DNA of 64,000 nt from the sequence record OR427838.1, one strand, 5' to 3'. The stretch comes from Escherichia phage fDHCT2. The number at the start of each line of letters is the position of its first letter. Within the stretch, counting starts at the first letter, position 1. A program made the translations under genes and the position numbers. Under the pieces are notes generated by a model. It did no database searches. It saw nothing but the letters and a program-made list of their open reading frames with translations, and was not told the DNA's origin. Shown here piece by piece: positions 29,144-40,637 of the stretch.

Positions 29144-29631
29144 TTGGTAATAATCTCGATGATGTCATCACGTGACAGGGAGTTAATAAGAACCGTTTTA
29201 GGATTTTCACACTGAATTTTATATGTTTCGAACATAAAACACAATTCTTCAGCGGTGTGGTAAGGACTTGAAATGCCGAGGCGATTAAACTTGTCGCTTA
29301 ATGGGTCGCAAATCAAATAGAAAGTGATGCCTGAGATTTTAACATTGGGTTGACTAATATTAATGAACACCTCGGCATCATACTTGGAAAGGTTGTTTTG
29401 GAGAAACTCGACCATAGAGTTGACAGCTTCGGGCATGGCTTCACGCTTTTCTTCTGCATAACGGGTAGAGTATTCTTTTTGCTTGATTTTCTTTTTAGCA
29501 TTTTTGGCTAAAGTAACACGAAGATCGGTCAGGTAACCTACTGCACGAGAACCTTTAAAAACTTGGATGCCATCAGTAGAGTCACCAAAAGCCTTAACAA
29601 CCATTTCATTAGTAATCATTTGCATATTCAT
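29131..29631 (-). CDS. alc: Alc-like protein (inhibitor of transcription from cytosine-containing DNA)
   Basis: 166 aa (T4 Alc 167 aa), syntenic between spanin pair and rnlA; early promoter and SD GAGGAGAAAACAAA upstream. Confidence 0.65.
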   Translation of the reverse strand: MNMQMITNEMVVKAFGDSTDGIQVFKGSRAVGYLTDLRVTLAKNAKKKIKQKEYSTRYAEEKREAMPEAVNSMVEFLQNNLSKYDAEVFINISQPNVKISGITFYLICDPLSDKFNRLGISSPYHTAEELCFMFETYKIQCENPKTVLINSLSRDDIIEIITKCLN

Positions 29632-29661
29632 TTTGTTTTCTCCTCATTAGTTGGTAAGTCT

Positions 29662-29690
29662 ATACTAACACATCATGAGGAGATGTAAAC
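29662..29690 (-). promoter_or_regulatory. T4-type early promoter (minus) for alc
   Basis: GTTTAC-17 bp-TAGTAT, overlapping the rnlA stop region. Confidence 0.5.
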
Positions 29691-30838
29691 TACTCTACCA
29701 CAATTTCTTTCAAATATTTTTCAGGGATTTGGGCTTTATGGTTTTTCAAGAACACAGAGTTAATCTGGTCTACAACCGTATCATAATTAATACCGCCTAC
29801 GTACGCCTGCATAAGAATAGAGAACAACCCTGGGAAGTCCTTAAGGATTAGCTGTCCAGTAACGGCGTAATCTTTACGGTCGCGGCCCTTGAGTTGGGAA
29901 TATGCTGCTTCTAACAAGGCCAATGATTGTTCTAGGTAATCTAAATGGATGCGTTCAAAGGCATCGATTTTCTCGATAGCAAACGAATCCGTACTGAACA
30001 GACCACGAAGGTCATCTGTTCCACCTGCAACTACAACTTCAAACAAACGTTCGTTATTGTTAATGGAATCTTTGGTGTGATGCAGGGCGCTGTACCATGC
30101 CGTTTTGAGTTTAAAGAACGTGCCATCTTTAAGTACAAAGATAAAGCCTTCAATACCCTCTTGTTTACGGATATTGTCAACAAAATCACCTTCAGCGAGT
30201 TCATAGCTTTTAACCAAATGCTTACGCAGGGCGCCATCTTTAAACAGTTCAGCGTAAGGGATATACTCACCCGTTTCGTTATTACGAACGTTCAGTAAGA
30301 TAAGGTTTGTTTCTTGGTAAGCCAGCACGATACGGTTGGTAGGTGCAACATATTCAAGGTTACAAGTATACCCAGCTTTGGTGATTTCTTCTAAACGTGC
30401 GGCAAAAGCCTCGTTCTCAGGGAGTCGAAGGAAACGTAAAGAATCGTGCACCATTGATGAATGGATAGAGCCTTTAGATTTAACAGAAAGATACTGTCGG
30501 TCCATGAATGTAGAAATCAGAGAACCGTCTTCCTTAGCCATTACGAGGTCAATATTTTCTGGTGACAAATCTAGACCGATAGTCATAGGGTTTTCGTCGA
30601 GGTTAAAGAACTTTTGCATAGGACGGGCAGCAATACGTACTGGACCGTTCTCGTCCATTTCAAACATAATGCCTCGGCACTCTAGTGCGCCGTCTTCCAA
30701 CCAATCACTGTATGATGCATAGTTATAACTAAAGATGCGATAGTTGACTCCTAGCGCACTCTGAAAGTCTTTAAAGAAGAACTTAGATTTAGTCGAGTTT
30801 TTAACCAGGGCCATCAAGTTATCATATAATTCAATCAT
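29690..30838 (-). CDS. rnlA: RNA ligase 1
   Basis: 382 aa; similarity to recalled T4 Rnl1 (YRIFSYNYASYSDW, ECRGIMFEMD, adenylation Lys in MAKEDGSL, EFVAPTNRIVLAYQE). Confidence 0.9.
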   Translation of the reverse strand: MIELYDNLMALVKNSTKSKFFFKDFQSALGVNYRIFSYNYASYSDWLEDGALECRGIMFEMDENGPVRIAARPMQKFFNLDENPMTIGLDLSPENIDLVMAKEDGSLISTFMDRQYLSVKSKGSIHSSMVHDSLRFLRLPENEAFAARLEEITKAGYTCNLEYVAPTNRIVLAYQETNLILLNVRNNETGEYIPYAELFKDGALRKHLVKSYELAEGDFVDNIRKQEGIEGFIFVLKDGTFFKLKTAWYSALHHTKDSINNNERLFEVVVAGGTDDLRGLFSTDSFAIEKIDAFERIHLDYLEQSLALLEAAYSQLKGRDRKDYAVTGQLILKDFPGLFSILMQAYVGGINYDTVVDQINSVFLKNHKAQIPEKYLKEIVVE

Positions 30839-31248
30839 TGCTTTATCCTATGTTGGGTATTCCAAGGTGGATTAAATTTCTTTATGAACATTGGCTCTTC
30901 AAGAGACATGGTCTCAACTGACATAGTTCCAAGTTCGTTAGTCATCGACAGATTAAAGCACTGCCGTGCATAGAACTCTACCTTTTTACCTGCCATTAAT
31001 GCTTCATGAATCAGAATGGACTTGGTCGAATCTGACGTTTGGTCCTTACGATTAATAGCGGTCCGGTAGTAGTTGATGCGCTTACGAAGATTTTTAGTCT
31101 TCCCGATGTAGACTAGTATATCATCAACCGCTATAGCATATATGACATTTTGTTTATTTGGTACTGTGAGTGGAGCAATGCTGGCGTCATCTTGGAGTTC
31201 TAGGGTGACGTACTTGATAAAGCTAAATTCATCTGCGATTTCTTTCAT
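30835..31248 (-). CDS. denA: Endonuclease II (GIY-YIG family)
   Basis: GIY-YIG motif VIYAIAVDDILVYIGKTKNLRKRINYY; start set at second Met (MKEIADEF.., 137 aa) as in T4 DenA; the longer ORF would translate an RNA hairpin. Confidence 0.8.
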   Translation of the reverse strand: MKEIADEFSFIKYVTLELQDDASIAPLTVPNKQNVIYAIAVDDILVYIGKTKNLRKRINYYRTAINRKDQTSDSTKSILIHEALMAGKKVEFYARQCFNLSMTNELGTMSVETMSLEEPMFIKKFNPPWNTQHRIKQ

Positions 31249-31256
31249 AGCAATAA

Positions 31257-31270
31257 GGGGCCGAAGCCCC
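31257..31270 (-). promoter_or_regulatory. Intercistronic UUCG-tetraloop hairpin between nrdB and denA
   Basis: ggggccgaagcccc (minus RNA GGGGCUUCGGCCCC), 5 nt after the nrdB stop and 8 nt before the denA ATG. Confidence 0.5.
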
Positions 31271-31275
31271 ATTCC

Positions 31276-32415
31276 TTAAAAATATTTCTTGTATGTCGCC
31301 ATTACTTTTTCATCGACATCATTATCAATTTGTGCTACAAGGTAAGAACTGATTTCCACTTCCTGAGGAGCCGCCTGTACAGCATCAGAGTTCAGGTATT
31401 CGCGAATCCAAGGATAAGGATGGCGGGTAGGAGCATCAGTAATAGGACATGGTAAGCCACATTGCTTCATACGAGAAACTGTCAGGTAATCTACAAAAGC
31501 ACCCATGTTCTGAGTATTTAATCCAGGGCAAGTACCATCTTTGAACAGGTGAGCTGCCCATTCTTTTTCTTGGCGGTTAACTTCCATGAAAATATCAACT
31601 GCTTCTTGTTCACACTCTTGAGCAATTTTAACCCATTCATCACCATCTGTACCAAGCTGGAGTTGACGGATAATGTACTGGGTGCCTTTAAGGTGAAGCT
31701 GTTCATCACGGGCAATGAACTTCATAATCTTAGCATTACCTTCCATGATTTCCATATTCTTATGGAAGTTAAAGGTACATGCGAAAGATACATAAAAACG
31801 AATAGCTTCCAATGCGTTGATTACATGGAGGCAGAGGTAAAGAGAACGCATTAGTTCGTATTTAGCCTGTTTTACGCCTTCGCTAAACTCGTGATATTCT
31901 TCTAAAGCATTTTGATATTTGCGAGTTTTCTCAATAACATCGTCATAATAACGACCAATGGATTCGGCCCGTTTCATGATAGCGTCATCTAACAGAATTT
32001 CATCAAATACCTTAGATGGGTCTGTATAGAGGTTACGCATGATATGGGTATATGAACGAGAGTGAATGGTTTCACTAAATGTCCATGTTGCCACCCAAGT
32101 ATCAAGGCTAGGGTCGGAAATCAAGGCTTGAAGAGCAGCAGAAGGAGCACGACCCTGGATACTATCCAGAAGTGATTGATACTTCAGGTTATTGGTAAAA
32201 ATATTTTGTTGGAATTGCGGAAGCTTATTAAACTGGGCTGCATCCATCATCAAGTTGACTTCTTCTGGACGCCAGAAAAAACTCAACTGCTTCTCACAAA
32301 GCTCTTCGAACACTTTATGACGTTGGATATCATATCGAGCAATACCCAAACCTGAACCAAAGAACATCGGTTCGGCTAAAACATCAACCGGAGTGGTATT
32401 AAAAACTGTAGACAT
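31276..32415 (-). CDS. nrdB: Ribonucleotide reductase small subunit (uninterrupted)
   Basis: 379 aa continuous ORF with di-iron/tyrosyl-radical type sequence; syntenic with T4 nrdB. Confidence 0.9.
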   Translation of the reverse strand: MSTVFNTTPVDVLAEPMFFGSGLGIARYDIQRHKVFEELCEKQLSFFWRPEEVNLMMDAAQFNKLPQFQQNIFTNNLKYQSLLDSIQGRAPSAALQALISDPSLDTWVATWTFSETIHSRSYTHIMRNLYTDPSKVFDEILLDDAIMKRAESIGRYYDDVIEKTRKYQNALEEYHEFSEGVKQAKYELMRSLYLCLHVINALEAIRFYVSFACTFNFHKNMEIMEGNAKIMKFIARDEQLHLKGTQYIIRQLQLGTDGDEWVKIAQECEQEAVDIFMEVNRQEKEWAAHLFKDGTCPGLNTQNMGAFVDYLTVSRMKQCGLPCPITDAPTRHPYPWIREYLNSDAVQAAPQEVEISSYLVAQIDNDVDEKVMATYKKYF

Positions 32416-32450
32416 GTTATTCTCATTTGTTATGGGTTTAAATTATTTTA

Positions 32451-33254
32451 TCACATATTATGTATAAGCACTTCAGTCTGGAATGACACACCTTTTGATA
32501 CTTTTTGATATCTAGTTTCAAAATATTCAATTTTGAAATTGTTAGAAAGGGCCCAATCTTTTAGAATGTTATTATCAATATCATCTGATAGATTATTAGT
32601 GATAATAAATTTAGACTTTGATCGTTTAATTTTATCTAATAATTCTAATTCATCCTTTTCTTCCCACCCCGAATATTTAAATTTAGTAGAAAGATATGGT
32701 GGATCGATAAATAAGTTCCTGTTTTCAAAATCTAAATCTCTGAATGATTTATTTGAAAAACTTAGCAGATGTTGTCGATTTTTAAAAGCGGCGAATTTAT
32801 CCTGTTGCGATTTATTAAAAGAAGTTCTAGAGTATTTAGCCCTATCCGCAAAAGAAGCTATATACTTATCATCTTTAGAAAATTTTAGCATTGAGCTGAA
32901 TGCAAATAAATGTAGAACATACAAATACAACCCGTTTTTGGTTTTATCGTATTCCTTTGCCAGAGAGTAAAACGGTTTAGGGTCCACATCATTTAAACCG
33001 AAATCATCAATAATTTGGACAACGTCATTCATTGTTGAAGTTTTCATCGCGTTGTACATATTGATGACATGATAATTAATATCATTACACTCAACTCGCC
33101 GCCCACAATTCATAGAAAATCCAAGCCCACCACAAAAGGCATCTAAAACTATGGAGTCATCAAACCCCGTCACGAATTTATTAATAAAATCCATATATTT
33201 GTATTTTGAACCCGGGTAGGTTATCGCTGAATAATATTTCATCATATTTGCCAT
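32451..33254 (-). CDS. dam: Dam-like DNA N6-adenine methyltransferase
   Basis: 267 aa; motif I LDAFCGGLG, motif IV DPPY, Dam-family blocks YPGSKY and FNKSQ; recalled similarity to T4/E. coli Dam; AT-rich gene. Confidence 0.85.
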   Translation of the reverse strand: MANMMKYYSAITYPGSKYKYMDFINKFVTGFDDSIVLDAFCGGLGFSMNCGRRVECNDINYHVINMYNAMKTSTMNDVVQIIDDFGLNDVDPKPFYSLAKEYDKTKNGLYLYVLHLFAFSSMLKFSKDDKYIASFADRAKYSRTSFNKSQQDKFAAFKNRQHLLSFSNKSFRDLDFENRNLFIDPPYLSTKFKYSGWEEKDELELLDKIKRSKSKFIITNNLSDDIDNNILKDWALSNNFKIEYFETRYQKVSKGVSFQTEVLIHNM

Positions 33255-33297
33255 TTTGTTAGTGACTCATCCATGAGTCAATTATAATCAGATTTTA

Positions 33298-35553
33298 TTA
33301 AAGCTTACAAGCTGCACAATCGTCGGCTTTAGGAGTTTCGATTTCATAATCGTCAGTACCAGAGCCATCACGGGTATTATGATAATAAAGGTTCTTACCA
33401 CCAAAGTACCAGAAATATAACAGGTCATCAAGCATTACCGACATAGGAACTTTTCCTTTCTCATAATTCTGAGGGTCGTAATACGTATTCGCTGATGCTG
33501 ATTGGCAAACCCATTTCAACATAATTGCTACTTGGGTAAGATAAGGTTTATTACCTTTCTTAGCGAGGCTCCAAGCATAATCATAGAGGCCTTGGTTATG
33601 TTCTACATTAGGAACTACCTGACGGAAGTTACCTTCTTTAGATTCTTTAATACTTACCGGACCACGCGGAGGTTCGATACCGTTGGTAGAGTTGGAAACC
33701 TGGCTGCTTGACTCGCATGGCATAAGTGCTGATAATGTGCTATTACGGATGCCATGTTTAACCAAGTCTTCCCGCAACGACGACCAGTCACAAACATAGT
33801 TTGGGGCTGCGATTTGGTCAATCTTTTTACTGTACCAGTCGATAGGAAGCTCGCCTCGAGACCATTTAGTGTCTGAATAATACTCGCAAGGTCCTTTTTC
33901 TTCGGCCAGCTTGATTGATGCTCGGATAAGTCCATACTGTAATCTCTCAAACAGTTCATGAGTTAAATCGTTTGCGTCTTCATAAGAAGCAAAGTTGCTT
34001 GCCAGCCATGCTGCGTAGTTAGTAACACCGACACCCAGGTTACGACGTTTCTTAGCCTTCAAAGCTTCAGGAACAGGATAGCTTTGATAATCTAATAGGT
34101 TATCAAGTGCACGTACCTGTACTTCAGCGAGTTCGTTGATTTTGTCTTGGTCTTGCCAATCAAAGTTATCCAACACGAATGCAGACAGCGTACACAACCC
34201 GATTTCAGCGTCCGGACTATTCACATCGGTAGTTGGGATAGCAATTTCACAGCATAGGTTACTTTGGCGAATAGGAGCCTTTTCACGAATAAATGGTGTG
34301 AAGTTATTAGTGTTATCAACGAACTGAGGATAAATTCGTGCAGTGCCTGAACGTTCAGTCATGAACAATTCAAAGAGGTCACGTGCTTTAATACGTTTCT
34401 TACGAATACTAGAGTCTTTTTCAGCCGCTTCATACAATTCACGGAAACGTTCTTGGTCTTCAAAATAAGAATAATAAAGCTCACCACCCATTTCATGAGG
34501 ACTGAACAGCGTGATGTAATCATTTTTACCGAAACGTTCCATCATAAGGTCGTTCAACTGGATTCCGTAGTCCATATGGCGAATACGGTTCTCATCGACC
34601 CCTTTGTTGTTTTTCAGAACGAGCAGATTTTCAACTTCCAAATGCCAAATAGGATAATAAGCAGTAGCAGCGCCGCCACGGATTCCACCTTGTGAACATG
34701 ATTTAACAGCAGTCTGGAAATGTTTCCAGAATGGAATAACGCCTGTATGTTTGACTTCACCCATGCCAATACGAGAACCTTCAGCACGAATCATACCAAC
34801 GTTGATACCAATACCTGCACGTTTAGAAATGTATTCAATTATTGAGTTAGCAGTTTTGTTAATAGATTTCAGTGAGTCGCCTGCTTCAATAACCACACAA
34901 GAACTAAATTGACGGGTTGGTGTACGTGCCCCAGCCATAATAGGAGTTGGTAATGAAACCTGACGGGTACTTACAGCATCATAAAAACGAATAATATGGG
35001 CTAAACGGTTCCCTGGCTCGTCTTGGTGTAAGGCCATGCCAATACACATGATAGCGAACTGAGGGGTTTCGTAGATTTTACCGGTTGTTTTATCTTTAAC
35101 CAGATATTTCTCTTTAAGCTGCATCGCCCCAGCATAAGTCAATTCGAAATCGCGTTCATGCTTAATATGAGATTCTAAGAAAGTAATTTCTTCTGCAGAG
35201 TAACGAGATAACAACTCAGGGTCATATTTACCTTCGTTAACACAATAGGAAATATGGTCAATAAAACTACGCGGTTCAAACTGGCCATAAACTTCTTTAC
35301 GCAGGGCAAACATCAATTGCTTTGCAGCAACATACTGATAATCAGGTTCTTCAACCGAAATAAGGTTAGCTGCTACCTTAACAGTCAGATTCTGGATATC
35401 TTTGGTAGTCATACCATCACGAAGGTGGGTTTTGATTTCTTCGTATAATTCATATGGGTCGATTTGGGTTCCTTCACAGCCCCAAGTCAGAACTTTAATA
35501 ATTTTTTGTGCGTCAAAATCTTGGGATACACCACTACTCTTTTGTACTTGCAT
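33298..35553 (-). CDS. nrdA: Ribonucleotide reductase large subunit
   Basis: 751 aa; active-site motifs incl. NLCCEIA and C-terminal Cys pair; syntenic with T4 nrdA. Confidence 0.95.
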   Translation of the reverse strand: MQVQKSSGVSQDFDAQKIIKVLTWGCEGTQIDPYELYEEIKTHLRDGMTTKDIQNLTVKVAANLISVEEPDYQYVAAKQLMFALRKEVYGQFEPRSFIDHISYCVNEGKYDPELLSRYSAEEITFLESHIKHERDFELTYAGAMQLKEKYLVKDKTTGKIYETPQFAIMCIGMALHQDEPGNRLAHIIRFYDAVSTRQVSLPTPIMAGARTPTRQFSSCVVIEAGDSLKSINKTANSIIEYISKRAGIGINVGMIRAEGSRIGMGEVKHTGVIPFWKHFQTAVKSCSQGGIRGGAATAYYPIWHLEVENLLVLKNNKGVDENRIRHMDYGIQLNDLMMERFGKNDYITLFSPHEMGGELYYSYFEDQERFRELYEAAEKDSSIRKKRIKARDLFELFMTERSGTARIYPQFVDNTNNFTPFIREKAPIRQSNLCCEIAIPTTDVNSPDAEIGLCTLSAFVLDNFDWQDQDKINELAEVQVRALDNLLDYQSYPVPEALKAKKRRNLGVGVTNYAAWLASNFASYEDANDLTHELFERLQYGLIRASIKLAEEKGPCEYYSDTKWSRGELPIDWYSKKIDQIAAPNYVCDWSSLREDLVKHGIRNSTLSALMPCESSSQVSNSTNGIEPPRGPVSIKESKEGNFRQVVPNVEHNQGLYDYAWSLAKKGNKPYLTQVAIMLKWVCQSASANTYYDPQNYEKGKVPMSVMLDDLLYFWYFGGKNLYYHNTRDGSGTDDYEIETPKADDCAACKL

Positions 35554-35584
35554 AATTTCCTCAATATGTTAGGTTCTACATCTA

Positions 35585-35608
35585 TAATAACATAGAACCT
35601 GTTAAGCA
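35585..35608 (-). promoter_or_regulatory. Putative MotA-dependent middle promoter for nrdA
   Basis: Minus strand ..cATGCTTAAca-13 nt-TATTAT: MotA-box-like TGCTTA near -30 plus -10; -10 is flanked by inverted repeat ggttcta/tagaacc. Confidence 0.4.
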
Positions 35609-35974
35609 TGGACTGATATTTATAGGTCTTCTAATGAGAACGTATCTTTGAAAAGTTTGTTAACAACCAGGGCTATCACATCCCCATGACAGTCCTTAGG
35701 TTTACAGGTACACGCTATTCGCATACCTCTAAGGGTTTCAAGGTGTTCTCTTTTAATTTCACCTGATTTTATTTTAGCAATAAAGTATTCTTTAAAGTTC
35801 TTGATGTTTTCCTCACGAGTCCCATCTTTAAATGGATTACCCCACATAGTTCCACGTTGGATGTTTACATCAAAATCTTCTTTATACTTGTTAACAACTC
35901 TACAGACTCTCATTATAGCACCAAATTCAGTCCGACCATAATAACCAAAAACAGAGTACAGATTATTTGAATTT

Positions 35975-37658
<1,684 letters not shown>

Positions 37659-37668
37659 TATATTTTCC

Positions 37669-37908
37669 TCACGCTTTCTTAGCGATTTTCCAGTCAGCTT
37701 TAAATTGGTCAACATCAGAATGGTGAATCCAGAAACCGGATGAGCTACCATCTTCATAAAGAGGACATCCATCACACTCATCTTTCCACCCCATCGCGCA
37801 TAAAGCTTGTTCAGCTTTTTCCAGAGCTTCCGGGTTATTACCTTGGATTGTGAAGTACCATTTGCCTTTAACTTCAGAATCGTTGATTGATTCACGTTGT
37901 AATTTCAT
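37669..37908 (-). CDS. Hypothetical Cys-containing protein (about 79 aa)
   Basis: Start at ATG 37908 (MKLQRESIND..) with SD AAGGAGAATAAA; the upstream in-frame ATG encodes the SD itself. Confidence 0.5.
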   Translation of the reverse strand: MKLQRESINDSEVKGKWYFTIQGNNPEALEKAEQALCAMGWKDECDGCPLYEDGSSSGFWIHHSDVDQFKADWKIAKKA

Positions 37909-37933
37909 TTTATTCTCCTTAGTTGACAAGGCT

Positions 37934-37963
37934 ATAGTATCACTACCATAGCCTGATGTAAAC
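37934..37963 (-). promoter_or_regulatory. T4-type early promoter (minus)
   Basis: GTTTAC-18 bp-TACTAT; inverted repeat aggctat/atagcct around the -10. Confidence 0.5.
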
Positions 37964-38191
37964 TTATTTTTGAATTAAGCCCATATAAAATTTAGCGTCT
38001 TCCGGGTGCATACCGTCACAATACTCATCAGCCATAAAGCGGGTAAGGTCTTCAAGAGGACCTTGGACTTCAATTTGCATACTACAGAATTGAGTATCTT
38101 TAATATGGGTCATAACTAAAGAAGGATAACGATTACGGATAACTTCGTAAGTGTATTCAAAATCAACGATATCAATATTAACCTTAGCCAT
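37964..38191 (-). CDS. Hypothetical protein (about 75 aa)
   Basis: Start at ATG 38191 ([13 protein letters not shown]..) with SD GAGGAAAATAAA. Confidence 0.5.
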   Translation of the reverse strand: MAKVNIDIVDFEYTYEVIRNRYPSLVMTHIKDTQFCSMQIEVQGPLEDLTRFMADEYCDGMHPEDAKFYMGLIQK

Positions 38192-38223
38192 TTTATTTTC
38201 CTCACTCATTAGTTGATAGATCT

Positions 38224-38252
38224 ATAGTATCACGTTTAAAGGCGTTATAAAC
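38224..38252 (-). promoter_or_regulatory. T4-type early promoter (minus)
   Basis: GTTTAT-17 bp-TACTAT followed by leader ..CAACTAATGAGTGAGGAAAATAAAATG. Confidence 0.5.
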
Positions 38253-38514
38253 ATTTATTTTGAATTTTATCAAGCCACTTACCAAGTTTAATCATTTCTT
38301 TAGTAGCTTTTTCCATACTTCTGAATTTAACCAGTAAAGGTTGTGCATCAACACCCATAACTAAAGTGGTTACAAGACTATGTTCACCTACAAGCCATAA
38401 TGAATAAGTTTGGATATCGAGCCCGTAATTTCGGTCTTTATGAACTCGTACGCCCATAACTTCAAACTGTTCGCTGGCTTTTTCTACGGCATCCAGGAAA
38501 TCATCTTTAGTCAT
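38245..38514 (-). CDS. Hypothetical protein (about 89 aa)
   Basis: Start at ATG 38514 (MTKDDFLD..), adjacent to the upstream stop. Confidence 0.5.
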   Translation of the reverse strand: MTKDDFLDAVEKASEQFEVMGVRVHKDRNYGLDIQTYSLWLVGEHSLVTTLVMGVDAQPLLVKFRSMEKATKEMIKLGKWLDKIQNKCL

Positions 38515-38515
38515 G

Positions 38516-38878
38516 TTAAATTCCAAAGGTAGCTTTAATCAAGGCAACAACTTCCGCCGCATTTTTATGATTGACTTGTACATGAATGGTTTGGGTATCT
38601 ATTACAGGGGTATCATCTACTTCTATGAAGTGTTTGAATTCCCATTCAGCGAGTTCAAAATATTCATCAGCATTATCTAGGCTATCTAAGATAGTACCGT
38701 CTTTCATTTCAACTTTTTCAACAAAATAATCACCGTCGATATAACACATATCCAGGACTTTAAAGGAACCACCGTGTTGTTCCATCAGTTTGACCATACG
38801 TGAGTTATCGTCAGGACTACCCTCAATGAATTTTCTTTTAGAAGAAGGGTCTAATGCGTAAGTTTTACCAGTTTCCAT
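38516..38878 (-). CDS. Hypothetical acidic protein (120 aa)
   Basis: ORF with SD GAGGAAATAAAA and early promoter upstream. Confidence 0.55.
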   Translation of the reverse strand: METGKTYALDPSSKRKFIEGSPDDNSRMVKLMEQHGGSFKVLDMCYIDGDYFVEKVEMKDGTILDSLDNADEYFELAEWEFKHFIEVDDTPVIDTQTIHVQVNHKNAAEVVALIKATFGI

Positions 38879-38907
38879 TTTTATTTCCTCATGTAGTTGA
38901 TAAGTCT

Positions 38908-38936
38908 ATAGTATCATGTTTAAAGGCATTGTAAAC
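38908..38936 (-). promoter_or_regulatory. T4-type early promoter (minus)
   Basis: GTTTAC-17 bp-TACTAT. Confidence 0.5.
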
Positions 38937-38988
38937 CATTAAATGCCAAAAAGGGAAGACCGAAGTCTTCCCATTATAAATCAATAAC

Positions 38989-39894
38989 TTATAGACCAGC
39001 TAACAAATCGTCCAGACCGTCGTCATCAGAAGGACTTACTGACGGCTCAGGAGTAGTGGAACGAGCAGGTGTAGACGGTTTGGAATCATACGCATCAAGG
39101 TCTGCACTGAATGCGTCCAGGTCATCACCAATCTTATCAGCGGCTGCAGAAGCTTTAGCGGCAGCACCACCAAGAGCAGCTGTACCAACAACTTTCTTAA
39201 ACTTGGCTTCGTTAGTTTCGAATGATTTGAAATCGAGCAGTTTAGAAAGGTCGTGCATTTCTTCCATCAATTTAGCTTGGTAAGCTTCGTCATTGATGTT
39301 AGGAATTTCAGACTGACCCATGAATTTGGAATCGTCGTAGTTTTTGAAGTCGCCAACTTTCTTAGATTTCAGTACGAAGTTCGCACCATCAAATGGACAT
39401 GTTACGTCAACCGGCACTTCACCAATATCAGTATCAACTTCAACCATCTGGTTGATTTTATCCATAATTTTCTGACCGAAACGGAATTTAAACACTTTAC
39501 CTTCGTTAGCAGGCACTGCACTATCCTTAATAACAAGGATGTTAGCCCAGAAGGAAGTTTTACGTTTCATCAGTTTGTATTCGGCATTATTAGTATTATA
39601 CGTATCGTTCTGGTTCATGTATTTACATACAGGACATGAATCGAAATCACCGTGTGTAGACGTACAGTTTTCAATGTACCATTGACCATTTTTCTTGAAG
39701 CCGTGGTTAACGAGCTTAATGAATGGAGATGGATTTTCTTCGTTTTTCGAAGGTAGGAAACGAATTACCGCAGTACCAACACCGTTGTCATCTTTCAATT
39801 TCCATTCAGCTTTATCATCGGAAGAGAAAGAAGAACCACCTTTCATTGCAGACAGTTGAGCAGCCAGTTGAGCAGGGTCACGACGTTTAAACAT
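38989..39894 (-). CDS. 32: Single-stranded DNA-binding protein gp32
   Basis: 301 aa; extensive similarity to recalled T4 gp32 ([32 protein letters not shown], acidic C-terminus ..DDLL). Confidence 0.95.
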   Translation of the reverse strand: MFKRRDPAQLAAQLSAMKGGSSFSSDDKAEWKLKDDNGVGTAVIRFLPSKNEENPSPFIKLVNHGFKKNGQWYIENCTSTHGDFDSCPVCKYMNQNDTYNTNNAEYKLMKRKTSFWANILVIKDSAVPANEGKVFKFRFGQKIMDKINQMVEVDTDIGEVPVDVTCPFDGANFVLKSKKVGDFKNYDDSKFMGQSEIPNINDEAYQAKLMEEMHDLSKLLDFKSFETNEAKFKKVVGTAALGGAAAKASAAADKIGDDLDAFSADLDAYDSKPSTPARSTTPEPSVSPSDDDGLDDLLAGL

Positions 39895-39983
39895 ATTATT
39901 TACCTTAGCAGATTTATCAGTTGTATTTTATTGACAGTTTTTAACAGATTGAGTTAGTATATTAACACAGTTGATTTGAAGCA

Positions 39984-40637
39984 TTAAAACTTGCAAGATT
40001 TGATAGTTTCAATGAACAATTTACGAGCTTCTAAATTATCGATTATAAGAATTTTCTTATAAGCATTTAATTTAGTCGAATACTTAGACCACACTAAATC
40101 GTTGGTCTGTTCATCATGTTTATTTATTATATCCATAAATGAATCAAGCAAAATAAACGTTTCGAACGAAATAACATTCGATTGAAGGAGCTTAAAAATA
40201 TAGCTCGAGTTAACTTTTTTATTATACTCAAAAATTTCAGAAAGCGCTTGAACTTCCACTTTCTTACTAAAATAATAAATGTTTTTGATATCATCCTCAA
40301 AAACTTGTTTTATTCTTTTAAGTCTACCGATATATTCTCGGTAAAAGACTAAGGCGTCAGCATCACTGATGTCGCCAATCCATGCGTCTTGGTTAGCCAC
40401 CAAGTTACTCATGAAGATAAGAGCAAGCTCTTTCAAAGTGTATTTATCACTCAATTTCTCGAAGAAATATTTGTCACGACGTTTTTGGTAAGCCGTATCA
40501 GAGATTCGCATGACCCAGTTATATTTTATAACGTCGTATTTGGCGTTGAAGTGATGTTTGAGCATTAAGTATAGTGAATATACGCTCTTACCATTCACCA
40601 TACGATTATTGTTTGGTGGCATGCGAATCTTAATCAT
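39984..40637 (-). CDS. 59: Helicase loader gp59
   Basis: 217 aa; near-identical blocks to T4 gp59 (KYDVIKYNW.MR.SD.AYQKRRDKYFF, LVANQDAWIGDISDADALVFYREYIGRLK). Confidence 0.92.
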   Translation of the reverse strand: MIKIRMPPNNNRMVNGKSVYSLYLMLKHHFNAKYDVIKYNWVMRISDTAYQKRRDKYFFEKLSDKYTLKELALIFMSNLVANQDAWIGDISDADALVFYREYIGRLKRIKQVFEDDIKNIYYFSKKVEVQALSEIFEYNKKVNSSYIFKLLQSNVISFETFILLDSFMDIINKHDEQTNDLVWSKYSTKLNAYKKILIIDNLEARKLFIETIKSCKF

